Shown here piece after piece: positions 12,211 to 25,207 of a stretch of DNA of 43,448 bases; the stretch's first letter is position 1, and every line of letters starts with the position of its first letter. The stretch covers positions 1 through 43,448 of the forward strand of contig NW_021835797.1 in assembly GCF_006345805.1 (NCBI RefSeq), read 5' to 3'. The position numbers and the translations under genes were made by a program. This stretch comes from Octopus sinensis. Taxonomy: Eukaryota. The notes below the pieces were generated by a model, which had not been told where the DNA came from, did no database searches, and worked only from the letters and a program-made list of their open reading frames with translations.

Positions 12211-12837
12211 TGTCATATATATACTGTTTTGTTCTCCCTGTCCTGTTTTTGTTACCACTTTAACCCTCCGCAAAAATTCCCAAATATTATTTAATTTACT
12301 TTGCGGGGAGGACTGTTTTAACGAAGTAGCCTCTTGTCCCTACCTTCGGAACGCGGAGTAGACAAAGTAGGGAACAACTGATGAAGGGAATGTTCTTTAT
12401 GTTACCTGTCTCGTTTCTCTATTTGTTTCTTTCGTTGTTCGAAAAATGTTCGTTTTGTATAATTTTTAATGTTTTCGTTTTTCATTTTGTTCACGTTTTT
12501 TTTATGTTCTTTACCCATATATGCATGTATATATACATATATATGTAGGTATTACATATATGTATGTATGTATCCATGCATATACTTATATATTTTGTAT
12601 ATTATATATATATATATATACACATACGTATACATATTAATGCATACATATATATGTCTACATACAAACAAAATAAACGAAAAGAACTGAGTACGGAGCG
12701 AGTGAAGATAGATAATTAACTAATTTACATATATATATACATACTTTAAATTATCTAATTATTCGACATGACTTTTCCAGTACATTTCATAAAATCATTT
12801 AAACTATTTAGTTATACGCCAGAAACTACAGTTTGTT

Positions 12838-12852
12838 ACTATCATCATCATC

Positions 12853-12896
<44 letters not shown>

Positions 12897-12910
12897 TATT
12901 ATAATTGCTG

Positions 12911-12985
<75 letters not shown>

Positions 12986-13222
12986 TCCCTTGTGATTTCT
13001 TTTAAGGCGGCGTGCTGGCAGATTCGTTAACACGCCGGGCATAATGCTTAGCGGTATTTCGCCTGTCTTTACGTTCTGAGTTCAAATTCCGCCGAGGTCG
13101 ACCTTGCCTTTCATCCTTTCGGGGTTTATAAATTAAGTACTATTTGCGTACTCGTTCGATATAATCTACTGGCCCCCTCCCACCAAAAATTTCGGGCCTT
13201 GTGCCTAGAGTAGAAAAAATCA

Positions 13223-13262
<40 letters not shown>

Positions 13263-13282
13263 TATTATTATTATTATTATTA

Positions 13283-13329
<47 letters not shown>

Positions 13330-13536
13330 GTGTCGTTGTATTCGACTAACTTCCTCCCCTGAAATTGCTGGTCTAGTCCAAAATTGGGACCATTATTCTT
13401 CTTCTTCTTCTTCTTCTTCTTCTTATTATTATTATGATATTATTATTATTATTATTATTACTATTATTATTTTATTTTATTATTATTATTATTTATTATT
13501 ATTATTATATTATTATTATTCTTATTATTATATTAC

Positions 13537-13570
<34 letters not shown>

Positions 13571-13767
13571 TATTATTATTATTATATTATTATTATTATT
13601 ATTATCATTATTATTATTATTATATTATTATTATTATTATTTTATTATATTATTATATTATTATTATTATAGTGTCGTTGTATTCGACTAATTCCTCCCC
13701 TGAAATTGCTGGTCTAGTCCCAAAATTTGGGACCATTATTATTCTTCTTCTTCTTATTATTATTATT

Positions 13768-13798
<31 letters not shown>

Positions 13799-13847
13799 TA
13801 TTATTATTATTATTACTATTATATTATTATTATTATTATTATATCAA

Positions 13848-13886
<39 letters not shown>

Positions 13887-13940
13887 GATATTATATTATT
13901 GTTATTATTACTATTATTATTATTATTATTATTATTATTA

Positions 13941-14015
<75 letters not shown>

Positions 14016-14050
14016 TATCATTATTATTATTATTATTATCATTATTATTA

Positions 14051-14088
<38 letters not shown>

Positions 14089-14206
14089 TATAGTGTCGTT
14101 GTATTCGACTAACTTCCTCCCCTGAAATTGCTGGTCTGGTCCCAAAATTTGGGACCATTATTCTTCTTCTTCTTCTTATTATTATTATTATTATTATCAT
14201 TATTAT
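12838..14206. repeat. (CAT)n/(TAT)n trinucleotide microsatellite block with three interspersed copies of a ~64-bp SINE-tail fragment
   Basis: Long TAT arrays; unit agtgtcgttgtattcgacta...ccctgaaattgctggtct...gggacc at 13329, 13671 and 14092. Confidence 0.95.
13004..13220 (+). mobile_element. tRNA-derived SINE, family B
   Basis: aaggcggcgtgctggcag...gagttcaaattcc (B-box) ...gaggtcgaccttgcctttcatcctttcgggg, followed by a (TAT)n tail; several homologs in the window. Confidence 0.88.
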
Positions 14207-14210
14207 TTCT

Positions 14211-14440
14211 AAGCCGGTGAGCTGGTAGAATCGTTAGCATGACAGGCGAAATGCTTAGCGGTCTTTCGCCTGCCGCTACGTTCTGAGTTCAAATTCTTCC
14301 GATGTCGACATTGCCTCTTACCCTTTCAGGGTCGGGAAATTAAGTACCAGTGAAACACTGAGATCGATGAATTCGACTAGTTCCACCCACATCCCAAAAA
14401 ATGTCAAGCCTTGTGCCTTGTGTCTACAGTAGAAAAGATT
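14211..14440 (+). mobile_element. SINE family B
   Basis: Same head, B-box and core as 13004-13220; ATT tail. Confidence 0.85.
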
Positions 14441-14550
14441 ATTATTATCATTATTACACACTGGTTAATGTCTATAAATTCCGTCTGGATGTCGATACAC
14501 ACTACGTGTGCTTGATTAACAGGGGATTTACATGTGTACATATTCATATA

Positions 14551-14757
14551 CAGTAATCCTTCGCCATATCGCGGTTCACCTATCGCGGTTCACCTATCGC
14601 GGTTTTTTTATTTAAGCTTACGTCGATTCATCTGTGGTGTTGTTTTACACTTATAACAAAGTAAATATATACAAAAATAATTATGTTTCTACTTCGTGAG
14701 CTTTCACCTGTCGCAGGCATTTTGGAACGTAACACCCGCGATAGTCAAGGGATTACT

Positions 14758-14758
<1 letters not shown>
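14551..14758. mobile_element. pogo/Tigger-like (Tc1/mariner superfamily) MITE
   Basis: TA|CAGTAATCCTTCGCCATATCGCGG left TIR versus CCGCGATAGTCAAGGGATTACT right TIR; the CAGT terminus is typical of pogo/Tigger; internal tatcgcggttcacc tandem. Confidence 0.75.
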
Positions 14759-14805
<47 letters not shown>

Positions 14806-14819
14806 ATATATATATGTGT

Positions 14820-14850
<31 letters not shown>

Positions 14851-14854
<4 letters not shown>

Positions 14855-14979
14855 TCTCTCATGTCTCCTGACTTCTATGTGTGTGCGTGTATAGTATATA
14901 TATATATTATATTAGATATATATATATGCATGTATATATATATATATTATATATATATATATGTATGTATAGAATATAT

Positions 14980-15027
<48 letters not shown>

Positions 15028-15208
15028 GTATATATATATATATATATATATATGTAGGTCCCGGGTTGATTCGGGTTTAACCATAGTAAATAAGGTACTC
15101 AATACATAGCAGAGTAAAATTAATTTATTATATGAATGAAACAGTTCTAGTCCTGTAGAAGCTCTTCTATAATAAATATATATATATAGATATAATAATA
15201 TATATATA

Positions 15209-15264
<56 letters not shown>

Positions 15265-15310
15265 ACATATACACGCACACACATAGAAGTCATGAGACAT
15301 GAGAGATGAA
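14851..15310. mobile_element. Fold-back element with 43-bp inverted arms enclosing (TA)n and a ~120-bp unique core
   Basis: 14851-14893 versus 15268-15310 are reverse complements with one mismatch; (TA)n outside the left arm. Confidence 0.7.
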
Positions 15311-16182
15311 TATATTTATTTCACCATTTGATATCCGCAGGATTACGGTCGTTTCAAAACCGACATTGCGTAATAATTTCAGCGTATAAGAAATCATTTT
15401 AAATGTCTGCACCAACATGTATGTTACACATTGCACAACAGAATTATACATTTACAAATTAATGCAGAGCATCATGGTTATAGCGATGCTTCAACTTCAG
15501 AGCGGAAGCAATTGTACTTTGCAATATGTAGTACTAATTCATTATACACTGAACTTATTATTACACAGTGAAGACTGCGAAACCACCGTTACGTTATGGA
15601 TATCATACGGATAATTAAATAAATTCACCTCGCATACTTTCTGAATTATTATTGTCTATATACTTCTCGTGAAATATTTTCTAAGATAAGATCTGGATTT
15701 CAGCTGCATATTATATTGTATATACAAATTATAAAAAATTATAAAAAATTATATATATATATATATATATAATATATAATATATATATTTGTAAAAAATA
15801 GTTCGAAAATGCTGCTGTATTATACAATTTTTAATTTTTATATTACATTTATAACATGTTTCAGTTCCTGAAATGAACCTTATCAAAAAAAGTTATATAT
15901 AAAAAGAGACAGCTCATGCCGTCCAAACACAAGAAATTCATTTATAATACACAACGGAGTCAGACATCTTAGAGTTCATGTATAGTTGATAATAGTTTGA
16001 AGTATATGTTCAAAGTGTTCGATGCAGTGGCCCACGGCGGCGATACGTATTCAATACAAAAAAACAGATCAAAGTGGTGGAAAGCGGTCAATACAGAAGA
16101 TTGATGTTTCCGAAAGAGCGGAATGGAATCATTTTTACCTTAAGCAATTGTGATGACCCATGGTGGAAGTTCGCTGGGTGGT

Positions 16183-16213
<31 letters not shown>

Positions 16214-16732
16214 ATATATATATGTGTGTGTGTGTATGTGATTAATAGAATATATTCGTCAAAATGCCGGAATTAGATAAAGAAGCTAACGAGAGTGTGT
16301 CTTCACGTTAAGTGCTCAAGATAAAGATTATTAGGAGATTAAAGTATTACAAAGAGAGAAAGGTGAGAATAGTAAACGAGAGAATGCAAGAGAGGAAAGG
16401 AGAAAATATTAATTGGACAAACGGAAAGAGAAAACGGAAATTCATGGAAAGAAAAAGGAAAGAAGATAGATTTAATATAGTGACAGTTGCATTATGTTTG
16501 CTTTCGTGACGTGTAAATATAGGTGTGTGTGTGTGCGTGCGTGCGTGTGTGTGTGTGTGTGCGTGTATATGTGTGTATGTGTGTGTGCGCGTGTGTGTGC
16601 TTGTACTAATTAAACTCTCATTTATATGACAGAATACTTGAGGCTAAAAAGTTGATATGTTTGAAATGTCTGGATTAATTTATATTTACTAAGTGACCTC
16701 TTGGCTTTTTTTCTTTCTTTCTTTCTATTAAC

Positions 16733-17060
16733 TGGTACTCCGTCAAATACGACGATGATCAAGGTTCCCGTTGGTCCGAACAATAAAACTGCATGCTCGT
16801 GAAATTAACGTGAAATTAACGTCCAGGTAGCTGAGCACTCCACCGACGCGCGTACCCTTAACGTAGTTCTCAGATAGACTCAGTGTGACACAGAGTGACA
16901 ACACTGGCTCCTTTCAAATACGGGTACTACCCACTTTCCCAAGCTGAGTAGACTGGAGCAACGGGAAGTAAAATCTCTTGCTCAAGTTCACAGCGTGTTG
17001 TTGGGAATTGAATTCTCGACCATACGATTGTGAGCTGAATAACCTAAACGTTAAACCACA
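16733..17060 (-). mobile_element. tRNA-derived SINE (family D head and core with family C tail)
   Basis: Tail ...gctgagcactccac...acccttaacgtagttctc...gtgacacagagtg and core gctgagtagactggagcaac. Confidence 0.8.
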
Positions 17061-17080
17061 CAAATTCACTGTTTCTAATA

Positions 17081-17232
17081 ATCCTTTCTACTAAAGTCAC
17101 AAAGCATGAAATTTTGTGGGAGGGTGCCAGTCGATTATATCGACTCCAGTATGCAACTGATACTTAATTTATCGACCCCCAAAGGACGAAAAACAAAGTC
17201 GGCCTCGGCGGAATTTGAATTCAGGATGTAAC
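17081..17232 (-). mobile_element. SINE family B, 5'-truncated
   Basis: Reverse complement of the family B core (tacttaatttatcgaccccc aaaggacgaaa...cctcggcggaatttgaa). Confidence 0.8.
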
Positions 17233-17722
17233 TTTGTTTCTGTTAATAACGTCTCCAAATCTGTTTGATTATTGGTAACTGCACAAGCTACCAGAAACTC
17301 TTAAGATGCGTATATCCCTAGATCACTAGAAACATTGTTCCTTATTTCATCTTTATAGATCTATCATAGAAAAAATAGCTGAGTCAAGGGCCATACTTGT
17401 GTTTGTCCACAGACGGATGTTAAAGAAACATTTACAATGCATGTATTGGTATAATGAAAATCCGAACTTCAAGATATCGACTTCTTATTACGCAAGAATG
17501 CCACATTATCAGAGTGCCTGGAACACAGTCATTGCCAGGGAAGTAGCCTACAGCAAGTGGTCGTGGTAAACCGAGCTTAAGTTTAGGTCTACCAATCAAA
17601 AGCAGTCTTCTCAAATTTCTGTCATAAATGCTAGGACATCTTTAGACTTCTGTATTCCCATGCAAGGTAATAAATCAACAGTGAATTCCAGAAAAATATC
17701 ATACAAACAAAACAAATTGATA

Positions 17723-17753
<31 letters not shown>

Positions 17754-17972
17754 TTATATACATGCATGCATGTTGACAGACTGAGAGATAGACCGGTATG
17801 TAGATAGGTAGATAGATAGATCGATAGATAGATAGGTAAGTAGGTAGGTAGGTAGGTAAGTAGATGGCGGGTGAGTATATATGTATGTAAGTAGGTAGGT
17901 AGGTTGGTGAGCAAACAGAGAGATATATAGATAGGCCAACAGACATACATACATACAGACAGACAGACAGAC

Positions 17973-18036
<64 letters not shown>

Positions 18037-18091
18037 GATAGATGGATACATAGATAGATGGATAGATAGACAGACAGACAGACAGACAGGC

Positions 18092-18142
<51 letters not shown>

Positions 18143-18220
18143 CAGACAGAAAGACAGACAGACAGACATACGGACGGACTGAGAGACAGACAAACTGACA
18201 AACAAATAGGCAGACAGATA

Positions 18221-18777
18221 TGTTTCTTTATTAGCCACACAGGGCTGCACACAGATAGAACAAATTACAAGGTAGAGCTTTTCTTTTGAAGGTTTAAAAA
18301 AAAAAAAAAAAAAAAAAGGGAAAGGGGAGTTTCGATCAAAAGGGATCGTAAAAGGAGAGAAAGAGGACAAAAAAAGGGGGGGGTAAAAAAAAAAAAGGGG
18401 GGGGGGAGAGGAAAAAAATTGATCAATAGGGATCGTTATCACAGAATGTCAATATGAAGTGTAAAGGGGAGGACAGGTGAGGTTTACCCGTGGAAAGAAA
18501 AGCCTACGGAAAAGACCACGGTAACCTCGGTCAATGAAGTCACATTTTTATTTCTTTTTTTTTTTTTTTTTTGCAAATAAGCAACTCTCTGTTTTCGATT
18601 TCTGGGTTCATAGGACTATGCTCAAGGTGGCTTCGTCATTCATACGTGCCATTCTTGCTACATTCACCCATCTTTTTTTAAAACATTCGCTAGACAAAAC
18701 TTGCCTCTCTACTCTCACTTTCCTTTTCAAGTGGTACTTGAAGAAGTTGATGAGAGATTGACCAGAGAGGAAAGTGG
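18221..18777 (-). mobile_element. 5'-truncated non-LTR retrotransposon (probably L1/Tx1-like): ORF2 C-terminus and 3' UTR, inserted in a (GATA/GACA)n array
   Basis: Open non-repetitive minus-strand frame [55 protein letters not shown] (stop at 18608), then a T-rich UTR and AATAAA just before the 3' end. GATA/GACA arrays lie on both sides. Clade assignment is an inference. Confidence 0.65.
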
Positions 18778-18819
18778 CAGACAGATAGATAGACAGACAG
18801 ATAGACAGACATACGGACT

Positions 18820-18853
<34 letters not shown>

Positions 18854-18879
18854 TAGACAGACAGGTAGATAGATAGATG

Positions 18880-18956
<77 letters not shown>

Positions 18957-19826
18957 AGGACGGAACAATATCGACATTTTGTCAAGGAAAGTTCCGGTAA
19001 ATTACAAGCCGATTGATAATATTATTCAAACGAAATGGTATTAACGTAATATTATACACGCCTTCTTGCATGAGCGACCTCATCAAAGCCTCTTGATCTG
19101 CAAGAAATCGTGCAAAATCTGATATGACAGAAAATATGAAACAATGTTTACGGCTAGAATGGCGATCGAATGCTATTTCTTGACAGAAATATTTCTCTCG
19201 CTAGATGTGAATAGAACAGGTACACATATACATACACACGCGCACGCAAACATACATACGTACCTGTGCGCAAATGGGTTCGCATACACATACAGAAGTA
19301 AAAATAATATTTCCACAAAATTTAAGTAACGCACACGAAATTACATAGTAATAAACCAAAATGATACACAGTCACAAGTGCCACATTTAGCCAATAGAAA
19401 GAAACAATACAAATGGTAAACAGCAATACTTTTGATCCATAAACTTTCTCTGCATAAACTACCAAGAACACAAAACATCGCACTTCACATCATAACGGTT
19501 TGCACATAAACCACACCCTCGAATCACATTCGTAGAACGTGTCCACAGACCAACAACCATAGACCAGAAATCATATGCTCATTGAAAAAAATACTAAAAC
19601 TGAAAACCCAAGTTGTATTGCAAAGGACAGTTTGTTATTTTCTCAAGCTTCAGCCCTCCACAACCGTTGTCATTAAATTAAAAAAAAAAACATCAGTGTC
19701 AATGAATCTGATACATCAGAACATTTACAAAATCAACCACCTAAAAGGTCCCATCGATTGCATTAAGCCTAGACAAACATAAGGTACATTTACACGCAGA
19801 ATTATCCGCAAAATCAATATCCTCAC

Positions 19827-20030
19827 TGTGGAGGCGCGTGACTTAGGGGTTAAGACGTATGACTCATAGTCGTAAGATTGTGGTTTCGATTCCTAGACCG
19901 AGCGACGCGTTGTGTGCTTTGCTTGAGCAAAACTCTTCATTTCACGTTGCTCCAGTTCACTCAGCTGGCAAAAATGAGTAATCTTGCGACGGACCGGCGT
20001 CTCGCCCAGGTAGGGAATATTCGCGCCTAC
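19827..20030 (+). mobile_element. tRNA-derived SINE, family D
   Basis: gtggaggcgcgtg...GGTTTCGATTCC B-box...ttgctccagttcactcagctggcaaaaatgagtaa...; homolog of 21870-22124. Confidence 0.8.
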
Positions 20031-20545
20031 CTATGGCCTCCTAGACTATAAACACTGTGTTAACATTATAGTGCCAATAAGTTCTAAGGAATTTCAATGG
20101 TCACACTCGAATCTGTATTTGCTGCCAACTTTAATGGCGACCACCAGAAAGGACGTCCAGGATAGGTTTACTCAGGGAAGATAGCGTAATGTATTCAGAC
20201 ACTTGTCATAAAATCCATGCTATTCAACTTGGCAGTTTGGTGTGTACAGTATGATTATCAGCATGCAGTAAACGGTAACATGTTATAAGTAGAAAGGTGG
20301 GTTTATGGGTCGCACCTCATCGTTGGGCCAACTATCTGTCAGAGGATTGATTGAGCAAGGCTAATCTGGAACTACGTGTCAGAAGCGGCAATGAAACACC
20401 AGTGACAATTCCGTTACCATTTACTGACATTTCTATCTGATGAATGCAGTTTTGGCACGACGCTTCATATTATGAGAAAAGCAATCAACTTTGGCAATAA
20501 CAGTTAATGTGTTTCTTCTAGTAAAGTAATACTATTTGCAAACAT

Positions 20546-20779
20546 AAGGCGGCGAGCTGGCAGAAACGTTAGCACGCCGGGCGAAATGGGTAGCCGTATT
20601 TCGTCTGCCGTTACGTTCCGAGTTCAAATTCCGCCGAGGTCGACTTTGCCTTTCATCCTTCCGGGGTCGATAAATTAAGTACCAGTTACGCACTGGGGTC
20701 GATGTAATCGACTTAATCCCTTTGTCTGTCCTTGTTTGTCTCCTCTGTGTTTAACCCCTTGTGGGTAGTAAAAGAAATA
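20546..20779 (+). mobile_element. SINE family B (alternative tail) with 13-bp target-site duplication
   Basis: Well-preserved family B head and core; TSD tatttgcaaacat at 20533-20545 and 20780-20792. Confidence 0.92.
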
Positions 20780-21869
20780 TATTTGCAAACATTAGTCCAC
20801 ACACACAAACACACATATACACATACATATGTACACATGCATAGACAAGCATACATACATACTTGTATTAATGCATGTATGCCTATATATTTTAACATTT
20901 CACTTACACATAGCGATACTTAAAACCAGGTGTTAGAACTGAATATACGTATGCTTGAGAGAAAATCGTTAACTAAGTGCTCTAAAATAAGAGATTATTA
21001 AAAATGACAAGAAAGTAAGAAATGATGTAATAGATTCCATTAGCTTACAGCTGTTTCTACTCTGTGATACAATACACTCATATTTCAGTGTTTATGTAGC
21101 ACCTCATAACTTCGTCGCTGCACATAATTCAAATAGTATTAAACTAAAATACTAAGTGACATACTAAACGTAATATACACTGTTGAGTGATACAATGCTA
21201 TGGTTTTTTGTCTAAGAGAAAATCTCTACATAGACATGCTGTGTCAGAACCACAATATACCACGGTGCAGAACCACAATATATATCGGAATGGGACGATA
21301 ATTCCTTATAGATGTTGATGTTATTGTTTCTGTTGTTATAGTTTTTCTAACCCTAGTCAACCTCGAATGAATATACTACTTATATCGAAAATCAATCCTG
21401 ATCAATCTCTTGTTTATTGCTATAGTATTCCTAGCCCTGTACAACCCTATGAATCCTCCGAGTTTAGGCAGATCTTACTGTTACTTCTAACAGGTGAGAG
21501 ACTGCGTAGAGATTCCCATTGATGGTTCGAGAAGCTTCGTGTCTGCTTGATAGCTTCCCCCATTTGTTCCTGCTACTGTCTGTCTATTATAGGCGTTGTA
21601 GAGTTTTGAATAGAAACAGCTTTTGATCATAAAAATGTCAGTACTATCATAATTGTCATCATAGAGTGTAGTAATTGATTCGGTTAAGTAGACGCCGATA
21701 GCAATTACTTTTCAGTATAGTATCATTAATTATATTTTCCTTATTCAATTTTTAATTTGCGACTTTATATGAGGAATAATAATAGCAGAAAACAAAACAA
21801 AAAAATAACTGTCTACTCCATAAAGAAATAAAAAAAATACAAGTGCGTGCGGTGCATATATTAAAATAA

Positions 21870-22124
21870 ATGTTCCTTCGCGAGCCATGCCAGGCTCATA
21901 AGGGCCGGTTTCCCGGCTTCAGTGGCGTAGAAATTCCCCCACTTGGACGGGATGCCAGTCCGTCGTAGGATTACTCATTTTTGCCAGCTGAGTGGACTGG
22001 AGCAACCTGAAATGAAGTGTTTTGTTCAAGAACACAACGCAAGAACAATCCAGGAATCGAAACCACAACCACAACCTAACGATCATGAGTTCAACACCGT
22101 AACCACTAAGCTACGCACCTCCAC
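21870..22124 (-). mobile_element. SINE family D (full length)
   Basis: Reverse complement of 19827-20030 plus a longer tail; tRNA-like head with ggaatcgaaacc. Confidence 0.85.
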
Positions 22125-22204
22125 GCATATATATTTACTTACATATAAATAACACACATACGAATACGCGCAAGCATACATACACACACACACACTCACA
22201 GATA

Positions 22205-22310
22205 TACGAGGTTTGATCAATAAGTATCCGGACTGTTGCTATAGTAACGAAGCTAAAGCACGCAGAGTAAAGCCGCTCGACACATATTGACCTTGAACTC
22301 TGCTGTATAC
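22205..22310 (+). mobile_element. mariner-like terminal fragment
   Basis: TA|CGAGGTTTGATCAATAAGTATCCGGACT resembles mariner TIRs; no partner TIR seen. Confidence 0.5.
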
Positions 22311-23134
22311 AGAAAACGTGGTATTCCTGATGTATATTCAGTAGCAACAGTATTTTCATTATGATGACATTAGGTAGTCAATAACTGCGGAAGAGCTTTG
22401 CTACAGCATTCTACAAGGTTTTTGTCCGAATGTGTGTGTGTGGGGGGGGGTTAGCATACTGGTGTTGATGTTGCTTTGAACATTCGCCAGAAAATCGATT
22501 ATCAATTTCATTTTACCTGTTACAGGTCATTCTTCGATATATATTTCATAGACAGTTCATTTCGGATTAATCTGTCCATCCATTGTATCTTTTCTTTGTT
22601 TAAGAAGTATATCGTAATTAGAATGCGAGTAGACTGCTATTTCTAGCAAATAAAACGACCGTGTAGGGCCATATTACTGAAAATGGTATGGTGTGGTTGT
22701 AGCATTTCGAGTGATCCTGTATAAGTTCGTCCATACCGTGTGTGTGTGTGTGAGACAGACAGACAGACAGACAGATAGACAAGCGAAGATAGAGAGAGAA
22801 ACACACAGACAGACAGAGAGAGAGAGAAAGAGAGTCAGTGGGTGTCTATGCGTGCATGTATATCTCTGTTTCTATGTGTGAGCGTTTGTAGTTATCGAAC
22901 GCGTTATTATCGATTGTTTTAAAACTAAGTCTTCATCAGATTATCCTACAAAATCAATAACAATCAACGCTGAATATCGACCTGTGCTTCGATCCTTTCA
23001 CTAATTTTAATCCCGGGACACATATCTTAAAATATTTTCCGAAAATTATACCCATCTGAAATGGAAATTTATAGAAATTTGTAGAAAATTAAATCTGAAC
23101 TTATATCGATCTTTGCAAAACTTAGTATTGTCTA

Positions 23135-23865
23135 ATTTTTTTGAGTAATAATTGACTTTTCACCCAACCATTTATGTAAATTATAATTATTACTTAAGTC
23201 TGGCAATACCCTGTTCTTCAATTCAGCCGGGAGATTCACCATGATAGCAATATGAGTCAAACTGATATCACAATTCTCATCAAATGGTACTTTCCCATTT
23301 TCCTAATTGGAGGATCCAGGTTGAAAACTTGCACATTGGTCCTCATATAATGAAGCTCGCACGTTAGTATTGAAGGAGAATTGCAGTACTTTATTACATA
23401 GGTGTGAAGACTTAATGCATGCTTCTATTTCATTAGATCTTGTTCGTCTCAGAATGACTGGTAATATCTGTCTCCTGATAAAACTAATGTAACTCCTCTC
23501 ACAGATATAGTGTTGCCTCTGATCTCCTGTAAAGTCTTACTAAGAGCTTCCATTGCACCCGTATGTGGCATGGTGCACTCATGTCAATGATAAGGTGTCA
23601 TTGGCACAACACTTCTGCTGAAGCTAAATCTTTGCTTACGTTAGAAATTAGACTGTCACTTGTGACCAGGTTTAGTGGTAATTTAAAAGCAGAATGAGCT
23701 GTTCGTCCTTCTGGGAGAATGGTTGCAGTAAAGCCAGAGAATGGTATAGCAAGTGCAGCTTTTTTTTTTGCCTGAGTTTGGGGAGAAGCAATGTGACAAA
23801 TGTTTTACCTGTGTCACCAGAAGCATTAAGAAAGAGAATTCTTCTGTTTTTTTCTGACGAGTGTG
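23135..23865 (-). pseudogene. Decayed Helitron RepHel PIF1-family helicase fragment
   Basis: Across frameshifts: ILFLNASGDTGKTF (Walker A, cf. DAPGGTGKTF), ATILPEGRTAHSAFKLPL (motif Ia), ECTMPHTGAMEALSKTLQEIRGN (motif II region), GVTLVLSGD/QILPVI (motif III), ACIKSS, TNVRA, WILQLG. Contains a stop and frameshifts. Confidence 0.9.
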
Positions 23866-23874
23866 CGAAGGCCG

Positions 23875-23917
<43 letters not shown>

Positions 23918-24069
23918 CCACTCACACACAGATACATATACATACAGATGAAATGGACGTGTGTGAGAGAGATAGAGAGAGTGTGTGTGTGATGGGTGTG
24001 TTGTCATGTATACGTACATACATAAATAAATAGGCATACATCTTTCTTGTTTGTAGGTCTGCGTGTGTA

Positions 24070-24115
<46 letters not shown>

Positions 24116-24420
24116 ATTTAGACATCACTCTCTCTCTCACACACACACATACATACACACAAAAAGATCTATGCATATGTATTCGTGTATGTACGAATAC
24201 ATGACAACACACCCCTTCACTCACTCACACATACACAAACACAACATACATAAATGTATACAAAAGTACATACCAAAATGCGTATGCGTGTGTGAGTGAC
24301 TACAAATACATAGAGCTGAACATGGTGTGAAAAAGAAAACAAATAAAAAAATGTTTACGTAAATTAACGAAGTGTGCGAGTTCCAGAAAAATAATGCCCA
24401 TATTTCTTGGAAGCCTCATA

Positions 24421-25062
24421 CTCTCTTTTACTCTTTTACTTGTTTCAGTCATTTGACTGCAGCAATGCTGGAGCACTTCCTTTAGTCGAGAAAATCGACC
24501 CCAGGACTTATTCTTTCTAAGCCTAGTACTTATTCTATCAATTTCTTTTGCTGAACCGCTATGTTACCTGGATGTAAACACACCAACATCTGTTTTCAAG
24601 CGATGGTGGAGGGACAAACACAGACACACAAACATATACACACATACATATATATACGAGACAGGCCAGTGGCAAATAGATTTAATTTAATTTAATTAAA
24701 TCGGTTTGCCAATATGTATGTCGAAACTATGCATAGTCCAAAGATGATAAGGGTAAATGTTTTTATTTTCCTTTGGTTTCTGAATTACAACTATTTAGCG
24801 GTTTGAGTTTAGCTGCTCTTTCTGGTGGGTCGAATGGCATATCAAGGCCATTCCTTAATATTGTTGAACATATATATATACATATACATATATACGACGG
24901 ACTTCTTTCAGTTTCCATCTACCAAAGGCTTTGGACTCACAAGGCTTTGGTCAGCCCGAGGCTATAGTAGAAGACACTTGCCGAAGGTGCCACGCAGTGA
25001 GACTGAACCCGGAACCATGTGGTTGGTAAGCAAGCTACTTACCACACAGCCACCCCTGAGCC
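24421..25062 (-). mobile_element. SINE family A split by a ~210-bp insertion at its central microsatellite
   Basis: Tail 24421-24659 and head 24869-25062 are collinear with 26226-26644; foreign sequence occupies 24660-24868. Confidence 0.85.
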
Positions 25063-25165
25063 TCTAAAAATAAATCAGATCTGTTGAAATGAAAAATTTT
25101 AACGTGATATTTGTGTAATAAAGAAATAAAACCTGGAATGTGTGTGTGTGTGTGTGTGAGTGAGT

Positions 25166-25207
<42 letters not shown>

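Noticed and set aside
12375-12450. CTGATGAAG at ~12379 as another hammerhead
   Set aside because: No convincing stem II or GAAA-palindrome could be assembled downstream.
12768-14145. Poly-His, Tyr, Leu and Ile ORFs resembling membrane or metal-binding peptides
   Set aside because: They are (CAT)n/(TAT)n arrays read in different frames.
13329-14156. CRISPR-like repeat-spacer appearance
   Set aside because: Repeats are ~64 bp and SINE-derived, spacers are long microsatellites, the context is eukaryotic and there are no cas genes.
17430-17600. Possible RTE-LINE C-terminal remnants (GRGKP here, KGRP near 20150)
   Set aside because: Only a few residues match, which is insufficient without a BLASTX search.
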